This document shows, in pieces, positions 59,352 through 64,000 of a DNA stretch of 64,000 bases. The stretch is from an uncultured bacterium. Its GTDB lineage: Bacteria > Verrucomicrobiota > Verrucomicrobiia > Verrucomicrobiales > DEV007. Where the stretch lies: the NCBI GenBank assembly GCA_963977015.1, contig CAXBMO010000002.1:416001-480000 (forward strand). The letters are read 5' to 3'. Under the pieces are notes generated by a model. The model worked only from the letters and a program-made list of their open reading frames with translations. It did no database searches and had not been told where the DNA came from. Position numbers and translations under genes: made by a program. Numbering within the stretch: position 1 is the stretch's first letter; each line of letters opens with the position of its first letter.

Positions 59352-59951
59352 TCAGCTCGGCTCGTCGCTGGTTTTGTTCTCATAGATGAACCAGAGGTTC
59401 CGGATATAGACAAACCAACCGGTCGATTGTCCCAAAATTCCGACCGGATCTTTGCGCCAGGTAAAGTAGACGATCAGCATCGTCGCCCCAAGAAGGCTAA
59501 GCCACCAGAAGGCAATCGGGACCACGGAGGTTCGCGCTTTTTCCGTCGCCCACCATTGAACGAGCAGCCGCCCCATGAAAACGCCTTGGGCGATGAACCC
59601 AAACACAACCCAGGCAATGCTGGCCCAGCCCGTGATGTCCAGCGCGCTGAAGAGTCGTGACCAGCCATGATGATTATTCTTCCGGTCCTTCACTTCGCGG
59701 AGGAATTCTTCCGCCGTGTAGGTTTTCAGGGATTCTCCCGGTGCCTGGAACCGCACTTCCACACCACCTCCTTCACCTTCGATGATCGGCACTTCGATCA
59801 GGCGGTCGGACAGGTTGAAATGATCGGGAAACAATGACTGTCCGGGTTGAGGCAAGACGCCAGCCCGAGCCAAAATGATCCAGGTAATCGAGGGGATTCC
59901 CACCACGATCACAAGGGCGAGCAGGAATCGATATCGTTTGCGTTTGAGCAT
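59352..59951 (-). CDS. Lipid-A-disaccharide synthase N-terminal (LAB_N) domain membrane protein
   Basis: GFIAQGVF.GRLLVQWW.TE...SVVP.AFWWLSLLG, RKDPV.ILGQ, YIRNL. Confidence 0.85.
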   Translation of the reverse strand: MLKRKRYRFLLALVIVVGIPSITWIILARAGVLPQPGQSLFPDHFNLSDRLIEVPIIEGEGGGVEVRFQAPGESLKTYTAEEFLREVKDRKNNHHGWSRLFSALDITGWASIAWVVFGFIAQGVFMGRLLVQWWATEKARTSVVPIAFWWLSLLGATMLIVYFTWRKDPVGILGQSTGWFVYIRNLWFIYENKTSDEPS

Positions 59952-60067
59952 CGCGCTGTCCTTTTTCACAGCTTGGGACGATTGCAAGGGTGGGAACCTT
60001 GAATCCAGTTATCGATTCCAAACGTTTGATTGACAGTTTCAACGACACACTCAAAATACAGGAAACC

Positions 60068-61105
60068 ATGAAACTTTTGAGAATAACTACAATTTCGACA
60101 GGAATCGCGCTTACCCTGTCATCGTGCAATTCCACATTTCGGCCCTTTACCCTCGAGGAATCTCCGAAACCTGCCGCAACAGCTTCCGATAGTGGATTGC
60201 GAAGTTTGATCTCATCACGGCCCACTCCTCCCTCTTCCCCAGCTGCCTCAAAACCAGCGGCACGCCCCTCCGCTTCCAAACCGGATAGCCAGAAGCCAGC
60301 CCGTTCGAGCAATCGTCCCCGCCTTTTTGGCCCGAGAACCGAATCGAACGAGTTCATTGGTTTCCCGATTCAGCGGGTCTCCGCCATGAACGCCTCTCGT
60401 CAAATTTTGATCGCGGCTTACGATCAGTCATCTGACATCAATCTGACCCTGTTTGACGACAATGGCCGGGTTCTTGGTCAGCTTCCGCTTCAACCCGGTC
60501 AGGAACCCATTGGAGTTGCGCCCGGAAGTTCGAAGTCCTCGTTTTTTGTATTGATGGCCAACGGAGAAATCGTCCAGGTCGATTCGCGATTGGGCAGATT
60601 GAAGCTTTCAGAAAGCTCGGGACGTCTCCCGGGAGCCATCGACCTTGCCGCCGGTCCGGAAGGCAAGCTCTATGCGATCACCAAGACCGGCCAGGTTTAC
60701 AAATACAGCGACGGCGTTTGGGCAGCCCAGAGAATCAGCGGAGTCCAGGTTCGCGACATCGTCGCCATTTCCGCGGATCCTGAAACGGGCGATCTCGCGA
60801 TTCTCGGCAAGGTCGCAGGCTCCTCCCGCATGAGCGTCATTCTTACCGATGACAACCTGAGCGGAGCCCGAACGTTCAAACTCCCGGCCGGCACGACCGC
60901 CGCGACCGACATCGTGACCTCAGGAGGATCCACTATTGTTGCCTATGAGCAAGGCGGTGCCAAACTCGGGGTCTTTGATGGCAGCGGCGCGCTGCAAAGT
61001 TCGCAGTCCGGCGACGCGATGAGTTCACTTTCTCTTGATCCCAAGGATTCATCGGTTTGGGTAGTAGGCCCGTCTGGTCAAATGACCCGCCAGGCCTTTG
61101 AATGA
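60068..61105 (+). CDS. Putative lipoprotein with Ser/Pro-rich linker and beta-propeller-like domain
   Basis: Lipobox LSSC; repeated blade-like segments (IDLAAGPEGKLYAI, ISADPETGDLAI, LSLDPKDSSVWV). Confidence 0.65.
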   Translation: MKLLRITTISTGIALTLSSCNSTFRPFTLEESPKPAATASDSGLRSLISSRPTPPSSPAASKPAARPSASKPDSQKPARSSNRPRLFGPRTESNEFIGFPIQRVSAMNASRQILIAAYDQSSDINLTLFDDNGRVLGQLPLQPGQEPIGVAPGSSKSSFFVLMANGEIVQVDSRLGRLKLSESSGRLPGAIDLAAGPEGKLYAITKTGQVYKYSDGVWAAQRISGVQVRDIVAISADPETGDLAILGKVAGSSRMSVILTDDNLSGARTFKLPAGTTAATDIVTSGGSTIVAYEQGGAKLGVFDGSGALQSSQSGDAMSSLSLDPKDSSVWVVGPSGQMTRQAFE

Positions 61106-62262
61106 TCTACCTCGATAACAACGCAACAACTCAGGTCCACCCCGAAGTGGTGGACGCCATGTTGCCGTTGTTGAGCGAAAACTACGGAAACCCTTCGGCG
61201 GGCTACCGTTTCGGGAAAACCGCCCGCAAGGCCATCGAGCACGCTCGCGAGCAGGTGGCGGCCCTGATCGGCGCCGATCCGAGCGAGATTGTTTTCACCA
61301 GTTGCGGCACGGAGTCGATCAACACCGCGCTTCAATCCGCCGTCCGCACGTTTCCCGACCGGCGTCACCTGGTTGCCACGACGACTGAGCACAGCGCCAC
61401 AACGCAACCCTGCCTGAATCTGGAATCGTCCGGATTGGAGATAACTCGCGTGGCGGTGGATGCCTCGGGATTGCCCGATGTCGCAGCCTTCCGCGAAGCG
61501 GTTGCGAAACAGCCGACCGCGATCGCCAGCGTGATTTGGGCGAACAACGAGACCGGGGTTATCAGTCCCATTGAAGAGATGGCGGAAGCCGCTCACGACC
61601 AAGGCACCCTCTTTCATACGGACGCGGTGCAGGCGGTGGGGAAAATTCCTGTGTCGGTGAAAGACTCGCCCATTCATCTCCTTTCGCTCTCCGGTCACAA
61701 GCTCCATGCGCCGAAAGGCGTTGGGGCGCTGTATGTCAGTCGAAACGTCCGCTTCACCCCTCTTCTCTTCGGCGGTGGCCAAGAAAACAACCGGCGATCA
61801 GGAACCGAGAATGTCGCCTCGATCGTCGGACTGGGAAAAGCGGCGGAGTTGGCACGAGAGGGAGCTGAGAAGACCCGCGAAATGCGTGACACCTTCGAAA
61901 CCCGGATTCTCGGCAAGTTCGACTTCGTCAGCGTCAATGGTCACCGCGATCAACGTCTCCCCAATACCTCGAACCTCCACTTTCGCGGAATCGACGCCGA
62001 AGCGATCCTGATTCTGCTCGATCAGGAAGGAGTTTGCTGTTCGCCGGGTTCCGCCTGTAGCACGGGGGCAAAACATCCGTCGGCAGTTCTCACGGCGATG
62101 GGGTTTGACGAAGCCCATGCCAAGAGCAGTGTCCGGTTTTCGTTCTCGTCCCTGAACACCTTGAAAGAGGTTGAAGACGCCGTTGGGAAGCTGGAACGAG
62201 TCATCTCGCGGATCCAATCGGTGATGCCAAGTGACGACGGCCCCGTTTCCATCCAATCCTGA
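61102..62262 (+). CDS. Group I cysteine desulfurase (NifS/IscS family)
   Basis: IYLDNNATT, FTSCGTES, NNETG, FHTDAVQ, SLSGHK, GSAC. Confidence 0.95.
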   Translation: MIYLDNNATTQVHPEVVDAMLPLLSENYGNPSAGYRFGKTARKAIEHAREQVAALIGADPSEIVFTSCGTESINTALQSAVRTFPDRRHLVATTTEHSATTQPCLNLESSGLEITRVAVDASGLPDVAAFREAVAKQPTAIASVIWANNETGVISPIEEMAEAAHDQGTLFHTDAVQAVGKIPVSVKDSPIHLLSLSGHKLHAPKGVGALYVSRNVRFTPLLFGGGQENNRRSGTENVASIVGLGKAAELAREGAEKTREMRDTFETRILGKFDFVSVNGHRDQRLPNTSNLHFRGIDAEAILILLDQEGVCCSPGSACSTGAKHPSAVLTAMGFDEAHAKSSVRFSFSSLNTLKEVEDAVGKLERVISRIQSVMPSDDGPVSIQS

Positions 62263-62337
62263 AGAATCCCTTTCGCGGAAAGTCGCTCATCCGTTTTGCC
62301 TCCTGAAAGATTCTTTCCGCTCCAGCTGTGTTGTCCG

Positions 62338-64000
62338 ATGCTTACGATGCTTCCCCTTAGAAACCTAGCCTCCCTCTTAATTCTTCTCGCTACCGCGCTT
62401 CCGCTGTCCGCTCAGGAACGCCAGCGCAACCGGGCCGATCGAGATGTCAAACACCTCCTTGAAGAAAAGGCCGATACCGCCAAATGGAGACTCGGAGACG
62501 GAAGCGGATTGTTGACCAATCGGAAATCCCGTTTTTTCGATTCGCAGGATCCCGACGCTCCGGCACCACCTCCGGACGATCCCACCGCGCATCAGTTGAT
62601 GCTCAGCGTTGATGGCAAAAAAGGGCCAACGATTTGGAACCAGGACGGAACCACCAATATCATCGAATCGGAAACCTGGAGACAATTCCTTCCGGCAGAC
62701 GATGAGGGACGAATCATTCTCGACCTGGAGAATGCGATGATGTTGGCGCTACTTCATTCGCGGACCTATCAGAACGCTCGCGAAACGCTCTACCTCAACG
62801 CACTCGACGTCAGCGAACAACGTTACGCTTTCGACAGCCAGTTTGGGTTCCGCAACAACTCCAATCGCGTCTCGACCGGAGGAAATCGCGCGGCGGGAGA
62901 GAACGATGCCACCAACGGCTCCAGCTCGAACACGATGGCAACGAACACGGACTTTGGAATCAATCGCCGCACGGCAACCGGAGCAGAACTCGTGGGCGGA
63001 TTGGCGAACTCGATTCTCTGGGATTTTTCGGGAAGCTCCGACACCGTGCTTTCGTCGGTCGTCAATTTCGGCGTGGTTCAACCGCTTCTTCGGTTCCGGG
63101 CCCGGGATTTCGTGTTGGAAGACCTGACCCAGTCTGAACGCAACCTGCTCGCGAATGTTCGGCGGATGAAGCAGTTTCAACAGGGCTTCTACATCGATGT
63201 CGTATCGGGCCAGAACGTCGCGGAAGGTCCATCCCGCGGCCAGGCCGGGGAATCGGCGTCTGTGATTGCCGGCACGCCATCTTCCGGTGGTCGAGCCGGT
63301 GGCTTTCTCGGGTTGTTGCAAACCAAGCAGCAGATTCGGAACCAGGAAGCCAGTGTCGCCGCCCTCCGCGATTCTCTCGCCCAACTCCAGGCCGCTTTTG
63401 ACGCCGGACGAATCAGCAATCGTCTCCAGGTCGACCAAGCCCGCCAGGCCCTCTACAATGGCCAGAGTTCGTTGCTGACCAGTTATGCGGCCTTCGATTC
63501 ATCGATCGATGCCTACAAAGTTTCGCTCGGCCTTCCGCCCGATCTCGAAACCGTGGTCGATGAAGAACTGTTGGAGCGGTTTAATCTCGTGGATCCCGCG
63601 GTCAGCGCCCTGCAGAGCGAGACCGCCGCGATTCTCGATTCCATTCGAAGGCGCGACGCAATCGCCACGCCGCAGGATTTAGCCGATCAGCTCATTCGTC
63701 TCGAAATGCTCGAATCCCGGATCGATGCCCAAATTGTTCGGGCTCGAAAAGATGTCCGCCAACTTCGAGAAAGCCTTCCGAACCGAAGAAGCCAATTGGC
63801 GGAATTGAAACAGCGACCGGAGTTGCAAAACGTCTACATGGATCCCGCCCTGTTTGATCCAAAGATTCTCAGCGGAGTCGCCGATCAGCTCGAAGCGAAT
63901 CTGAATGAGTTGGAGCGCGGGATGAACGACTCGATTGAAAGCCTGACCGCGCTCCGTGAAGTTCCACCACCGCCGAACCAACTGGAACGGGCTCGCGACA
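62338..64000 (+). CDS. PVC-type TolC-family outer membrane protein (3' truncated; absent from the ORF track)
   Basis: Own translation from ATG 62338: signal peptide, then SRFFD..DPD.P.PPPDDP.AHQLM, LALLHSRTYQ..RETLYL.ALDVS.QRY.F, VQPLLR, LTQSERNLLANVR; no stop seen before the window end. Confidence 0.75.
   Translation, partial: MLTMLPLRNLASLLILLATALPLSAQERQRNRADRDVKHLLEEKADTAKWRLGDGSGLLTNRKSRFFDSQDPDAPAPPPDDPTAHQLMLSVDGKKGPTIWNQDGTTNIIESETWRQFLPADDEGRIILDLENAMMLALLHSRTYQNARETLYLNALDVSEQRYAFDSQFGFRNNSNRVSTGGNRAAGENDATNGSSSNTMATNTDFGINRRTATGAELVGGLANSILWDFSGSSDTVLSSVVNFGVVQPLLRFRARDFVLEDLTQSERNLLANVRRMKQFQQGFYIDVVSGQNVAEGPSRGQAGESASVIAGTPSSGGRAGGFLGLLQTKQQIRNQEASVAALRDSLAQLQAAFDAGRISNRLQVDQARQALYNGQSSLLTSYAAFDSSIDAYKVSLGLPPDLETVVDEELLERFNLVDPAVSALQSETAAILDSIRRRDAIATPQDLADQLIRLEMLESRIDAQIVRARKDVRQLRESLPNRRSQLAELKQRPELQNVYMDPALFDPKILSGVADQLEANLNELERGMNDSIESLTALREVPPPPNQLERARD

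Noticed and set aside
62377-63981. Several short ORFs listed at the window end
   Set aside because: All lie within the long open plus-strand TolC-like frame from 62338
1-64000. tRNA, rRNA, riboswitch or CRISPR features
   Set aside because: No cloverleaf, rRNA-like tract, recognisable aptamer or repeat-spacer array seen in the intergenic regions; a covariance-model scan would be needed to exclude small RNAs

Overview
A ~57% GC bacterial chromosomal segment, most likely from Verrucomicrobiota (PVC superphylum). This is inferred from the DUF1501/DUF1549-DUF1553/DUF1552 genes, planctomycete-type cytochrome c and SHD1-like domains, and the scarcity of Shine-Dalgarno motifs. It holds about 45 protein-coding genes. 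These include housekeeping genes (yebC, hslR, glgB, xseA, tatC, folC, a NifS/IscS-type desulfurase), carbohydrate and polyol catabolism genes, secreted PVC-type proteins and a complete Wadjet (jetABCD) anti-plasmid operon. I could not support any rRNA, tRNA, CRISPR array or transposase. The most unusual elements are: (1) two paralogous non-canonical ClpA/B-type ATPases with HicB-like N-terminal domains, the larger ending in a GGQ-less release-factor-like domain, which suggests a ribosome-associated quality-control or conflict system; (2) a TatC with two YajC-like beta-domains in its first periplasmic loop and a His/Asp-rich plus helix-hairpin-helix tail; (3) a mirror-image G/C strand skew flanking the Wadjet cassette; (4) a polyol ABC binding protein paired with an NCS1-type permease instead of ABC permeases. 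All family assignments come from motif recognition by eye, not from database searches.
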